Assembly: GCA_965371955.1 (NCBI GenBank)
Contig: CBDVAL010000002.1
Span: forward strand, 1-44,984
Length of the DNA: 44,984 bases
Reading direction: 5' to 3'
Source: an uncultured bacterium
GTDB taxonomy: Bacteria; Acidobacteriota; Polarisedimenticolia; CBDVAL01
Position numbers and translations under genes: made by a program. This document shows positions 21,983-31,965 of the stretch, piece by piece. The notes under the pieces are model-generated. The model ran no database searches and was not told where the DNA came from. It saw nothing but the letters and a program-made list of their open reading frames with translations. How positions within the stretch are numbered: the stretch's first letter is position 1; each line of letters opens with the position of its first letter.

Positions 21983-23601
21983 GCCGCCGCACCTCCGGGA
22001 AGGGGAAACGCCAACTGCACCAGGGTACCGGCACCCGGCTCGCTCTTGAGCAACACCCGGCCGCCATGGTCCTCCACCACCACCTGATGCACCATGGGAA
22101 GTCCGAGTCCGTGGCCGTTCTCGCGCGTGGTGTAGGCGAAGTCGAAGACGCGCTCCTGCTCCTCGGCAGAGATCCCGGTCCCCGAGTCGGCAACCTCCAC
22201 CAGCACGTCCCCGCCCTCGCGCCGGGCGGAGAGGGTGAGTTCGCCGCCGTCCGGCATGGACTCGAAGCTGTTGAGCACCAGGTTCAGCACGGAGGAGCGC
22301 ACCGACTCGCCGTCGGCCATCACCTCGGGAATGTCCTCCCCCAGCTCCACCCGGATGTCCACGCCGCGCCGCACCGCCTCCTTCTCCACCAGCTGGGCGG
22401 TCTCGCGCAGCAGCTCGGGGATATGCAGCGGGGCCTTCTCGTGCCGGTCGCTGCCGGCGAAGCGCAGGAAGTTCTCCACCAGCTTGCCCAGGCGGCGGAT
22501 CTCCTCGCGGATGATCCCCAGCGCGCGGTCGAACTCCCTGCCTCGCTCGTCCTCCCGAGGGCGGCAGGTCTCCACCAGGTGCTGCAGCGTGAGGTTGATG
22601 GAATGCAGCGGGTTGCGCACATCATGGGCGACGCCGGCGGCCAGCCTTCCCAGCGCCGAGAGCTTCTCGCGCCGGTGGAGCTGGCGCTCGCGCTCCTTGC
22701 CGGCCCGCAGGCGTCCGGTCATCTCGTTGAATGCCCGCCCCAGGCGCGCGATCTCGTCGCGGCCCCGGGCCTCGACCTCGACGTCCAGATCACCCTCGGA
22801 CAGCCGGCGGATGCCTGCATCCAGCCGGCGCACCGGCCGGGTGAAGCGCGACGCCAGGCTGGCCGAGAGGATGATCCCCAGCAGGAAGACCCCGAGCAGC
22901 AGGAGGATGGAGCGGCGCCGGAAGGCGGCGAACAGGTCCTGATAGTCCTGCGTGTTGATGGGCAGCATGATGGCCTGCTGGTGCAACGGGAAGCGCACGT
23001 TGCGGGTGCTGCCGGCTCCCATCTCGTCGTCCTCCACCGGCGGCTGGTCGGCATCCCCCGCGGCGGCGAGTACGTCCCCCTTGTGGACCCACGCGGGAAT
23101 GCGCAGCACCATCCCCCGGACATCGCCCTCGGCCTGGACGTCCTCCACCCTGATGAACAGCTGCTCACGCACGGCGCCCACCCTGGCGTTCACCAGGATC
23201 TGGCGCGGCGAGACGTCGTCGCCCACTTCACCTCCAGGGGCGACCCGTGACCTCGTGGCCGGCAGCCCCTCGCACGGGAGCTCCGCGCCCTCGTCGCTGA
23301 AACACTCCATCGCAGCCTCGCCGAAGCGCGAGAACATCACCACGCCGTCGATGGCCCCCTCGAGGCCGAAGGAGAATTCCGTGCTGTGGACAAAGTGGCT
23401 GCGCAGGGCGGCGTCTGCCAGGACGTCGATGTCATGCAGTCCCCGCGTGTCGAGGGTCCGCAGGGTCTCCTGGCCCACGGTGGAGATGGTCTGGGCTACC
23501 TCCTCCATCACCTGTTTCTGATACTGGTTCAGGAGAAAGGCCACTGCCCCGAGGCAGAGCAGCAGGACGAAACTCATGAGGCCGATGAGCCGGGAGGTCA
23601 T
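21979..23601 (-). CDS. Membrane sensor histidine kinase (HAMP, HisKA, HATPase_c), cognate to the NtrC-type regulator
   Basis: ORF 21979..23709 trimmed to ATG 23601 (MTSRLIGLMSFVLLLCLGAVAFLL, a TM segment; AGAGG lies upstream). H-box 'LAAGVAHDVRNPL'. G-box region 'VADSGTGISAEEQERVFDFAYTTRENGHGLGL'. Confidence 0.9.
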
Positions 23602-23743
23602 GGCGGGTACCTCTTTCTCGATACGGGCCGGCGATCCGCAGGCCGCGGGACGAGTCCGATCCTTTACTTTAGCAAACCACGTACCATGGGGGAAACCCTT
23701 GTCGTACAAGGGAAAGGGCGTCAGGGGGCGGCGCAGATACCGC

Positions 23744-25198
23744 TTATGAGGTGACGCCGGTGGCTTTCGGGACCGTGAACAGGAAGGAGGTCCCCTGGCC
23801 GGGCCGGCTGTTGGCCCACACCCGGCCGCGCTGCACGGTCACCAGATGCTTGACGATGGCCAGTCCGAGGCCGGCGCCGCCGGTCTTGCGGGCCCGCGAG
23901 CTATCGCCGCGGTAGAAGCGCTCGAAGATGTGGGGCAGGTGCTCCGGGGCGATGCCCGGGCCGGTGTCCTGGACGCAGATCTCGATCTCCTCACCCACCT
24001 CCTGCGCCCGCACCAGGATGCGGCCGCCCTCCGGCGTGTGGGTCCACGCGTTGCTGAGCAGGTTCCGCACGATCTGACGAAAGCGCGCCGGGTCGGCCAG
24101 CGCCGGCGGAAGCTCCGGAAGATCCGTCTCCACCACCGGTCCCCCCGCGGAGGGTTGCGGCAGGAGCGCCTGCAGCACCTGGCGGATCTCGGAGGAGACC
24201 TGCAACGCCTGCAGGTCGAGCCGCAGCTTGCCGGCCTCGGCGAGGGACAGATCCTGAAGGTCCACCACGAGCCTGCTGAGGAACATCACCTCCTCGTGCA
24301 GTGACGACACGACCTCGGCGGACGGCTGCAGCAGGCCGTCCTGCAGGGCCTCGAGCTGGCCGCGGATATTGGTCAGCGGCGTGCGCAGGTCGTGCGCCAC
24401 GTCGGTGACCAGCTGGCGCCGCAGTTGCTCCTGGCGCTCCAGGCTGTCCGCCATCTGGTTGAAGGCGCGCGCCAGCTCGCCCACCTCGTCGCGCGAGCGC
24501 ACCTGCACACGATGGGTCCGGTCCCCTTCGGTCATCCGCTGCGCAGCGCGGGTGAGCTGCTCCACCGGGCCGAGGATGCGTCGCCCCACCGCCGCCGTGG
24601 CCAGCAAAGCCAGCAGGCCGCCGGCCGCCACCGCCGCCAGCAGCCAGCGGTTCACCGCCTGCAGGAAATCGCCACGCGGCGGGCGCGAATCACGCAGGGT
24701 TTCGCGCACCTCCGGCAGCACGTGTAACCAGCCCAGAACTTGGCCCAGCCCGTCGCGAAGCACCACCTCCGGGCCACGAATCATCGTCTGTTCCTCCTGC
24801 CATCCCCCCCCCGCCTGCACCCTCCGCGTGAGCTTCAGCGACCCGTCGGGCAAGCGTTGCGCCGTCCGGCGTTCCTCTGCCGGTTCGGTGGTGAACAGCA
24901 GCCGACCGTCGGGCCCCAGAAGAATCAGGTGGCGCGCCCCGCCCAGCTCCTGCCTCAGCTCACGCAGGACCATCGGCGCACCGTCCCATCCTTGCCGGCC
25001 ATGGTGTTCCTGGAGGTGCCGCGCCCAGCCCTCCAGGTCCAGCGCCATGGGCGCCCCTTCGATGAAGCACTCCACCTGGAGGAAGTGCTCGAACTCCCGT
25101 CGCATCGCCAGGCTGGACACGATGCCCACCGCCGTCACCGAGACCAGCACCACCAGACCGACCCACAGCAACAGGCGGACGCGCAGGCTATGCAGCAT
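23744..25198 (-). CDS. Membrane sensor histidine kinase (periplasmic loop, HAMP, HisKA, HATPase_c), cognate to the OmpR-type regulator
   Basis: ORF 23744..25375 trimmed to ATG 25198 (MLHSLRVRLLLWVGLVVLVSV), because the upstream part overlaps the regulator gene. H-box 'VTDVAHDLRTPLTNIRGQLEAL'. ATP-binding region 'VQDTGPGIAPEHLPHIFERFYRGD...GGAGLGLAIV'. Confidence 0.9.
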   Translation of the reverse strand: MLHSLRVRLLLWVGLVVLVSVTAVGIVSSLAMRREFEHFLQVECFIEGAPMALDLEGWARHLQEHHGRQGWDGAPMVLRELRQELGGARHLILLGPDGRLLFTTEPAEERRTAQRLPDGSLKLTRRVQAGGGWQEEQTMIRGPEVVLRDGLGQVLGWLHVLPEVRETLRDSRPPRGDFLQAVNRWLLAAVAAGGLLALLATAAVGRRILGPVEQLTRAAQRMTEGDRTHRVQVRSRDEVGELARAFNQMADSLERQEQLRRQLVTDVAHDLRTPLTNIRGQLEALQDGLLQPSAEVVSSLHEEVMFLSRLVVDLQDLSLAEAGKLRLDLQALQVSSEIRQVLQALLPQPSAGGPVVETDLPELPPALADPARFRQIVRNLLSNAWTHTPEGGRILVRAQEVGEEIEICVQDTGPGIAPEHLPHIFERFYRGDSSRARKTGGAGLGLAIVKHLVTVQRGRVWANSRPGQGTSFLFTVPKATGVTS

Positions 25199-25889
25199 CG
25201 CCGCCTCCCTCGAACCGATAGCCCACGCCGAACACCGTGACGATGAACGACGGCCGCGTGCGGTCGGGCTCGATCTTGCGGCGCAGGTTCTTGACGTGGG
25301 CGTCCACGGTGCGGTCGAAGCCCTCGAAGTGCGGTCCGAAGGCACGCTCCACCAGCTGCGCACGGTTGAACACACGCCCCGGCGCGCGCGCCAGGCTCAG
25401 CAGGATCTGGAACTCGGTGGGCGTCAGAGAGACCACCTCGCCGCACACCCGCACCTCCTGGTGCTGCGGGCGGATCTCCAGTCGGGGGAACTGCAGCACC
25501 TCTTCCGGGTCGGTGGCACTGCCGCTTCGACGCAGAACAGCGCGCACCCGCGCCACCACCTCCCGCGGGCTGAACGGCTTCGGTATGTAGTCATCGGCGC
25601 CCAGTTCCAGCCCCGCGACGCGATCGTCCTCGGTGGTGCGGGCCGTCAGCATCAGGATGGGAACCGTGGACGCGGCGCGCAGGCGCTTGCAGACCTCCAG
25701 CCCATCCAACCCGGGCAGCATCAGGTCCAGCAGGATCACATCCGGTAGCCAGGCGCGGGCGGCCTCCAGGCCGGCGTTGCCGTCCGCCGCCACTTGAACG
25801 GCATAGCCCGCATGCTCCAGATAGAGCCGCAGGTTCTCCGCCGTCTTGCCGTCGTCCTCGATGACGAGAACCCGTTGTCGCTGGGTCAT
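25188..25889 (-). CDS. OmpR/PhoB-family DNA-binding response regulator
   Basis: Receiver domain 'RVLVIEDDGKTAENLRLYLE...VILLDLMLPGLDG'. Winged-helix output 'LTPTEFQILLSLARAPGRVFNRAQLVERAFG...DRTVDAHVKNLRRKIE...IVTVFGVGYRF'. Confidence 0.95.
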   Translation of the reverse strand: MTQRQRVLVIEDDGKTAENLRLYLEHAGYAVQVAADGNAGLEAARAWLPDVILLDLMLPGLDGLEVCKRLRAASTVPILMLTARTTEDDRVAGLELGADDYIPKPFSPREVVARVRAVLRRSGSATDPEEVLQFPRLEIRPQHQEVRVCGEVVSLTPTEFQILLSLARAPGRVFNRAQLVERAFGPHFEGFDRTVDAHVKNLRRKIEPDRTRPSFIVTVFGVGYRFEGGGDAA

Positions 25890-26204
25890 GGAAGCATCGT
25901 AGCATCAAGCCTGGCCCGAGGTCCGGGCTGAAGAGCCTGGTACCAGTGTGGAGGGACGGTTTGAAGAAAGTATGAAGAGAAAAAGGGGACAGCCCTGGGG
26001 GGCCCATTCTACGCATCCGGGGAGTCCTGTGTGCAGTGGAAAACATCCGGGCTGAAGTGTTGCAGCTAGCGGCGCGTGCTCGACACAGAAACCAACCTGC
26101 GACCTAGTGATTAGGAAACCAGACCGGGGGGATCCGGAGAGGCACCAGGACGAACCCAGAGGCCGGCTGTGAGACTCGAGTCCGGTTAGGTGCGCCGGGC
26201 CTCA

Positions 26205-29200
26205 TCAGAACCCACAGGCCGCCTGACGATCCCGTCCCACCGTGATGCTCAGTGCCATGGTGCCATCTCCACACCCGAGACCGTCGAATGCCTCGCAGAT
26301 GCCGGACTCCACCGGACCGACGCCGGCGAAGTGCCCGTCGAGATCCACTTCCGCGCACCAGTAGTACTCTAGCTCGCACGCCGAGCCGTAGAGATTCTCA
26401 TGGGGGTCGGTGAGGGCGCCTGACCAACCCGCTCCGTCGGTCTGCACCCACCGGTTCCAGGTGCCCGAGAACACGCTGCCGCCGCCGGCGGCCAGTGCTA
26501 CGTACTGATCGCGATAGAAGTCCGCGCGCTCCGAGCACCACTCGAACACCGGAATGGGGCCACCCCCCACGGAGAAGTGCAGGTAGTCGTCCTGTAAGGC
26601 TTGAGCTGCAGAGAAAAAGTCGAATAGCGACGTGGTAGCCACGTCATCTGCGAAGGTGTCGATGAAGGAGTAACGTGCCGATGTGCAATTCGGCCCGCCG
26701 TAGCAACCCGCATCCTCGCAATCGATAGCACCATTCCCATCGTCATCAAGGCCATTACTGCAGCCGCTCTCGGCGCCGCATGTCACGGTTCGCTCCTGGG
26801 AGGTGGCCGTTCCCCAGCTCCCCAGGAAGGGCCGCAACGGCCGCACCAGGTAGAAGTAGATCTCACCGAGGCCGGGTTGCGCCGGGTCGTCGATGCAATT
26901 CGACGTCACGGTTTCCAGGGTGCATGGGGCCGGGAACCCTGCCTCACTGGAACGGGCCACCAGATACAACCCGGCGCCCTGTTGCGCGGGCCAGCAGAAC
27001 AGTGAGGGGTCACCAGGATCGGTAAAGCCCGCGGCACCGCTGATCTCGTCGATGGCCCCATGGCCCACGTCGCCGGGACACTGGTTGTCCTGGCCATCCA
27101 GGATCTCCGGGGCGCCGGGAAATACGGTGAGATCGAAACGCTGGCAATCCTCTGCACAGAGGTAACCGTCACCGTCCTGATCCGCGTCATCGACCACGCC
27201 GTTACAGTCGTCGTCGTTCCCGTTGCATAACTCCGGATTTCCTGGGAAGCGGGTCCCGTCGCTGTCGTCGCAATCATTGCATGCCGGGGCGGCATCCAAG
27301 TCGAGATCGATGAGTTCGATCCCCGGGATCACGCCATCGCAGTTGTTGTCCTGACCGTCACAGAACTCGGTGGCGCCGGGAAAGGAGAGCGGATTCAGGT
27401 CGTCACAATCTCCAGCGCAGATGGTGAGTCCATCCCCATCGAAATCGTCCTGCTGGCCCAGTGCATAGCGACCACCGATGCGGGAATAGCTGCCACCCCA
27501 GGGGATCATCTCACGATCGGTCCAGACAAGGGTATGCCCGTTGCGTGACGGAGGTGCTCCATCCAGGTTGAATGAGGTCCACGTGTCGAGTGCAGGATCG
27601 TAGATCCCCCTGGGCGCTCCAGAGGAGGCATCTCCCCAGATCAACATGTACCTCCCTGTCCATATCCCCGTGGTATCCTGCCCGAATCTCGAAGTCGTGG
27701 GCGGACCTCCCTGCGTGCTCATGGAAGTCCAGCTGTCGAGAATCGGGTCGTACAGACCTCCGGAGATCAGGGAGTCCCCGTGGTTCTCGCCACCCCAGAT
27801 GAGCATATGGGTGCCCGTCCAGTACGCATCGTGATCCACCCTGGGGTCAGCAGCGTTCTCCTGTGAGATGAGAGACCAGACTCTTGTCGCAGGGTCATAG
27901 ATGTGCCCCGTGCCGGGATCGGCTGTCTGCGAGCCATTCGATCCTCCGAAGTGGATCAGCCGTGAGCCCGCCGCGATGAGGGTTGCGCGCACCGGAAAGT
28001 TGTTGAAGGGACCGCCGTCGAGAGGGATCTCCTCCCAGGAATCGGATTCCGGGTCATAGAATCCAGCGACATCCTCGGCATCGGGGTCTCTGAGCCCCAT
28101 CACTGCCATTCGCGTGCCGGTCCACGCGGCTTTAGGCTTGACCGCCATAAAGCGGGAGAAGCCCGGCATGGGCGTGACGGGTAGCCAGGCATCCGCTACG
28201 GGATCGTAGCGTCCCCCGTCGTTGGACTCCGAGGTGTCAGAGTAGAAGAGCACGTAGCGTCCGGTCCAGAACGTCCACGGATCCTTCAAGAGATTCGGGG
28301 CGCCTGCGAGAGTCGTTGGAGTCCAGGCGTCGGTCAGTGGATCGTAGCGTCCGCCACTGGTCAGGAAACCGGAGAGGTCTCGCCCACCCCAGATGACCAT
28401 GACATTCCCGGTCCACGCTGCGCCGTGGTGGCTTCGCCCCTCCGGAGCCGGGCTCTGCGCCGTGGGTAGCCATTGGTCGACGACGGGATCATAGCGTCCG
28501 CCGGTGTCCACGCTGTTGTTGAGGTAAACGCGCCCCCCCCAGACGATCACTTCCGAGCCCGTCCAGATGAACGAATGACCTTCTCGCGGCGTGGGCGAGC
28601 CACTTGTAGAGAGGGGGGTCCACTGGTCTGCCTGCGGATCGTAGCGGCCGCCATCGCCCAAGTTGTCGGACGAACCCGGGTCTCGCCCGCCCCATACCAG
28701 CAACTCCGAGCCCGTCCAGACCACGGACTCCTTGCTTCGTGGTGAAGGGGCATTGACCAGGCTGATGGGCGGGCTCCAGACGTCACTGACCGGGTCATAG
28801 CGCGCGCCGTGTTGCAGGCCGCTCCAGATCAACATCTCCGAACCGGTCCACACCGCGTGGTGATCTTGCCACGATGCTGTCAGACCGCTGGTGCTCATGG
28901 GGCTCCAGCTGTCGGTAGCGGGGTTGTATCGCCCTCCGTCGTCCAGCGGGGACGCGGAGCCTGTATCGGTTCCACCCCAGACGATCATCTCCGTGCCCGT
29001 CCACACGGCGGTGTGGTCCGTGCGCGCGGATGGCGCGCCGGTGCTGCTCATCGGCGCCCAGGTGTCGGCAGCAGGATCGTAGCGTCCGGTCTCTCCACCG
29101 GTACCACCCCAGACGATCATCTCCGTCCCGGTCCAGACGACGGACAGACCGGGGCTCTGCACGGGAGCTTCCAGCGACGAGATGGGCTGCCAGGTATCGC

Positions 29201-30230
29201 TGGCGGGGTCATAGCGCCCACCGAGCAAGAAACCCTGACCCCAGACCAGCACCTCGGTTCCCGTCCACACGCCCGGCCCGTAGCTCGTAGTGCCTCCAAC
29301 GTCGGAAATGTGAGCCCACACGTCGAGCAAGGGATCGTAGCGCGCGCCGGTGCCCCCAAAGATGATCATCTCCGTGCCTGTCCACACGGCCATATGCCCC
29401 CAACGCGAGTCGGGAAAGTTGTCCAGGGGGTTCCAGGTGTGATCCGGTTGGCAGGCGAGGCCCGCGGCCTCGGCGGCTGGGTACAGAGACACGATCGAGG
29501 CCACGGTGGGCACCTCGAAGGGCGCAAACTTCTGACGGGTCTCGGACCACCAATCGTCCCAGCTTTTCTTCGGGACCGAGTACAATGCGCGCTCCCCGTC
29601 CGGCAGGGCCACCAGTAGCACATACTTATCACGCTCGTCCCGGACCACCCCCAGGGCGCCGCCTGTATCTGCAGCTGGCGTCCGGCGCGGATGGCGTGAC
29701 TCCGGATCCAGGTGCCCCGTGTGCAACCGCTCCGCGATCTCCGTCATCTCCCGGCGAGCGGCCGCGTGAATCCTGCCATCGAAGGCATACAGGTTGCGGA
29801 CCAGGCGATCCACCAGCACCGGGCGGACGAAACACTCCTGGATGAGCACCGGGTCGCGATCCAGAGCCTGGTAGATCTGCTCCAGCCGGTCCGAAAACTG
29901 GGTCTTCCGGGCAATCCGCTGCAGTTCCCGGCGTAGCGCCTCCGCCGTCACGGGCCGGTTCCACTGACGCTCCAGCGCCGAGGATTTGTGCAGATAGTCC
30001 TCGACCTTGCGCCGAAGAACCTGCCGGGGAACCGCCTCGTCGAAGACGGCAGACGCGTTGATCCGGTGAGAATGATAGACGCGCTCGATGGCCTCCTGCG
30101 CCCGCACTCGCTCTGCGAACGTCAGTTCCCGTCCGGTTGCCGTCCCGGTTGCCGCCAGCGCGAGGCCCAGCAGCAGGGCAAGGCGATGCCGGCGCAGAAG
30201 GGACACCAGAAACCCGTTTCCCGTTGACAT
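26205..30230 (-). CDS. Very large (1341 aa) exported protein: unknown N-terminal domain, more than a dozen Kelch-type propeller repeats, MopE-like Cys-rich 'putative metal-binding' repeats, and a Cys-rich C-terminal domain
   Basis: Signal-like N-terminus 'LALLLGLALAATGTATG'. Repeats of the form 'AVWTGTEMIVWGG...GGRYDPxxDxWxP' recur throughout. The MopE-like units are 'DGDGLTICAGDCDDLNPLSFPGATEFCDGQDNNCDG', 'CNDCDDSDGTRFPGNPELCNGNDDDCNGVVDD' and 'DGDGYLCAEDCQRFDLTVFPGAPEILDGQDNQC'. GGGGGAG lies ~9 nt upstream of the ATG. Confidence 0.88.
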   Translation of the reverse strand: MSTGNGFLVSLLRRHRLALLLGLALAATGTATGRELTFAERVRAQEAIERVYHSHRINASAVFDEAVPRQVLRRKVEDYLHKSSALERQWNRPVTAEALRRELQRIARKTQFSDRLEQIYQALDRDPVLIQECFVRPVLVDRLVRNLYAFDGRIHAAARREMTEIAERLHTGHLDPESRHPRRTPAADTGGALGVVRDERDKYVLLVALPDGERALYSVPKKSWDDWWSETRQKFAPFEVPTVASIVSLYPAAEAAGLACQPDHTWNPLDNFPDSRWGHMAVWTGTEMIIFGGTGARYDPLLDVWAHISDVGGTTSYGPGVWTGTEVLVWGQGFLLGGRYDPASDTWQPISSLEAPVQSPGLSVVWTGTEMIVWGGTGGETGRYDPAADTWAPMSSTGAPSARTDHTAVWTGTEMIVWGGTDTGSASPLDDGGRYNPATDSWSPMSTSGLTASWQDHHAVWTGSEMLIWSGLQHGARYDPVSDVWSPPISLVNAPSPRSKESVVWTGSELLVWGGRDPGSSDNLGDGGRYDPQADQWTPLSTSGSPTPREGHSFIWTGSEVIVWGGRVYLNNSVDTGGRYDPVVDQWLPTAQSPAPEGRSHHGAAWTGNVMVIWGGRDLSGFLTSGGRYDPLTDAWTPTTLAGAPNLLKDPWTFWTGRYVLFYSDTSESNDGGRYDPVADAWLPVTPMPGFSRFMAVKPKAAWTGTRMAVMGLRDPDAEDVAGFYDPESDSWEEIPLDGGPFNNFPVRATLIAAGSRLIHFGGSNGSQTADPGTGHIYDPATRVWSLISQENAADPRVDHDAYWTGTHMLIWGGENHGDSLISGGLYDPILDSWTSMSTQGGPPTTSRFGQDTTGIWTGRYMLIWGDASSGAPRGIYDPALDTWTSFNLDGAPPSRNGHTLVWTDREMIPWGGSYSRIGGRYALGQQDDFDGDGLTICAGDCDDLNPLSFPGATEFCDGQDNNCDGVIPGIELIDLDLDAAPACNDCDDSDGTRFPGNPELCNGNDDDCNGVVDDADQDGDGYLCAEDCQRFDLTVFPGAPEILDGQDNQCPGDVGHGAIDEISGAAGFTDPGDPSLFCWPAQQGAGLYLVARSSEAGFPAPCTLETVTSNCIDDPAQPGLGEIYFYLVRPLRPFLGSWGTATSQERTVTCGAESGCSNGLDDDGNGAIDCEDAGCYGGPNCTSARYSFIDTFADDVATTSLFDFFSAAQALQDDYLHFSVGGGPIPVFEWCSERADFYRDQYVALAAGGGSVFSGTWNRWVQTDGAGWSGALTDPHENLYGSACELEYYWCAEVDLDGHFAGVGPVESGICEAFDGLGCGDGTMALSITVGRDRQAACGF

Positions 30231-30420
30231 ATGGCAACTCCCCCGTCAGAGGCACCTAATTCGTGTCACTTCTTATTCTTAGGATCAGGCTGCCATCGGT
30301 TCCCAGAATCTTCGGGTGATTTTCGAACCCTTTCCGGTGGGCCTTTTTCGGCGGGGCTGGACGCAAACTGACAGCCCACAGAGCTGGCTAGCCCCTACTC
30401 ATGCCGACAGATCCCTGGTC

Positions 30421-31965
30421 CTAGTCGGCGGCACGCTGCAACTGCTCCAGCATCTGGCGGACTTGCGGCTGGTTGGCCTGGAAAGCCAGCGATTGCTCCA
30501 GCAGGTCCATGGCGCGTGCGGTCCGCCCCTGGCGCGCCAGCAACTGGGCCAGGAGGTTGAGCACCCGGGGCTGCACCTCGCCCGCGTCCAGCGCCCGTTG
30601 CAGATGCGCACTGGCGTCGGCGTTCTGTCCCATGCGCATCTCCACCAGCGCGCGGTTGTACCAGCCGGGTCCGTTGTTGGGATGCGACTCCGTCAGCAGC
30701 CGGAACAACCCCAACGCCGGTCCGATCTTGCCCTGACGGGCGTGCAGGACGCCGAGGCTGAGCAGCACCTCGGGGTCGTCCGGCGTGGCTTCCCTCGCCG
30801 CCTCGAACAGCTGTTGCGCCTCCTCGATCCGGCCGGCGTTCATGGCCACCACGCCGCGCCACAGCAAGATCTTGTCCGGAGGATCAGGCCGGGCTCCCAT
30901 GACCTCCAGAAGCTCCAGCAGCTCCGCCCCCCGGGACGGCGTCACCAGCTTGGTCATGGCGGTGATGACCGCCGGGTCTTCGGGCTGGCGCTTCAATCCC
31001 AACAGCAACAGATCCCAGGCGCGCTGCGCCCGGCCGGACCGGCGCTCCAGCAAGGCCTCGCCCAGCAGCGGGGGTGCCAGGTCGCTGTGCTCCCTTGCCA
31101 ATCGACGGAAGAACTCGCGGCCGCGGTCAGCGGTCCGGCTGATCTGATAGAGGCCGGCGAGGTAGCGGTACTCGCCGGTGGGCCGCCCGGCGTCCTCGAT
31201 CAGTCGCTCCTCATGCACAGCAATGGCATGCATCATCAGTGCGTGGTTGCGGCCCTCGTCCCGCTTGCGCCGCTTCTCCTGCTGCAGCTCCTGGTACACC
31301 TGCAGCTCCGCCCGCCCGTCCTGGGTGCGTCCGGTTCCCTGATAGGCCTGCGCCAGTGAGTAGCGCACCTTGGCGGATCCGGGCAGCAGCTCCCGGGCGT
31401 GCTCCAGTGGCTCGACGGCCGACGCGGCCTCACCGCCACGCAGACGGGCCTTCCCCAGCGCGAGCCAGGACTCTCCGTCCTGCGGATTGAGCTGCAGGGC
31501 ACCGTGCAGCAGGGCCTCGCCCTCCTCGTGGCGGCCATCCTCCAGCAGCAGGGCGCCCAGAACCCGCAGCGCCTCGAAATCGGTGGGCGCCTGCTGCAGG
31601 CGAGTCCGCAACAGGCGCTCCGCCTCCTCGCCACGGTGGAGCTCCTGCAGTAGATCCACCAGCAGCGAGATCACGCCGGGCAGGTCCGGGGCCAGCCGCA
31701 TGGCCGTCTCCAGCTCCTTCGCCGCGTCGTCGGGGCGGGCCGGCAAGCTCAGGCGATAGGTCACGCCCAGCAGGTTGTGCAGGCGCGCGTCGCGCGGATG
31801 CTCCTCGATGGCGCCCTGCAGCAATTGTCCTGCCCTATCGAACTCGCCGCTCTCGATGAGGGCCAGCGCCACCGCGTAGAGATCCGTGACGTCGCCGTCG
31901 GCGGCCGGCAGGGGGAGCAAGGCCGCAAGGCCGAGGGCCAGCGCTGCCGCAGTCGCCCACTTCAT
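30421..31965 (-). CDS. Exported tetratricopeptide-repeat (TPR) protein, partner of the upstream CRTAC1-family gene
   Basis: ORF 30421..32265 trimmed to ATG 31965 (MKWATAAALALGLAALLPLPA, signal-like). This ATG gives an ATGA overlap with gene 31962..33647. The protein has TPR-like A/L-rich helical repeats throughout. It is colinear with the + strand paralogue 35434..36999. Confidence 0.85.
   Translation of the reverse strand: MKWATAAALALGLAALLPLPAADGDVTDLYAVALALIESGEFDRAGQLLQGAIEEHPRDARLHNLLGVTYRLSLPARPDDAAKELETAMRLAPDLPGVISLLVDLLQELHRGEEAERLLRTRLQQAPTDFEALRVLGALLLEDGRHEEGEALLHGALQLNPQDGESWLALGKARLRGGEAASAVEPLEHARELLPGSAKVRYSLAQAYQGTGRTQDGRAELQVYQELQQEKRRKRDEGRNHALMMHAIAVHEERLIEDAGRPTGEYRYLAGLYQISRTADRGREFFRRLAREHSDLAPPLLGEALLERRSGRAQRAWDLLLLGLKRQPEDPAVITAMTKLVTPSRGAELLELLEVMGARPDPPDKILLWRGVVAMNAGRIEEAQQLFEAAREATPDDPEVLLSLGVLHARQGKIGPALGLFRLLTESHPNNGPGWYNRALVEMRMGQNADASAHLQRALDAGEVQPRVLNLLAQLLARQGRTARAMDLLEQSLAFQANQPQVRQMLEQLQRAAD

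Noticed and set aside
25972-26055. 27-codon ORF (MKRKRGQPWGAHSTHPGSPVCSGKHPG) in the intergenic region upstream of the OmpR-type operon
   Set aside because: It is too short, has no convincing RBS spacing and no recognisable peptide class. It lies on the opposite strand to all neighbouring genes.
26041-26204. tRNA-like fragments on the minus strand (for example ggtcgcaggttggtttctgtg, ctgggttcgtcctgg) and gggttcgaaaatcaccc near 30316-30332
   Set aside because: None folds into a T-arm with complementary 5-bp stems and a 7-nt loop. No acceptor or anticodon arms can be built. This is chance resemblance to GGTTCGA.
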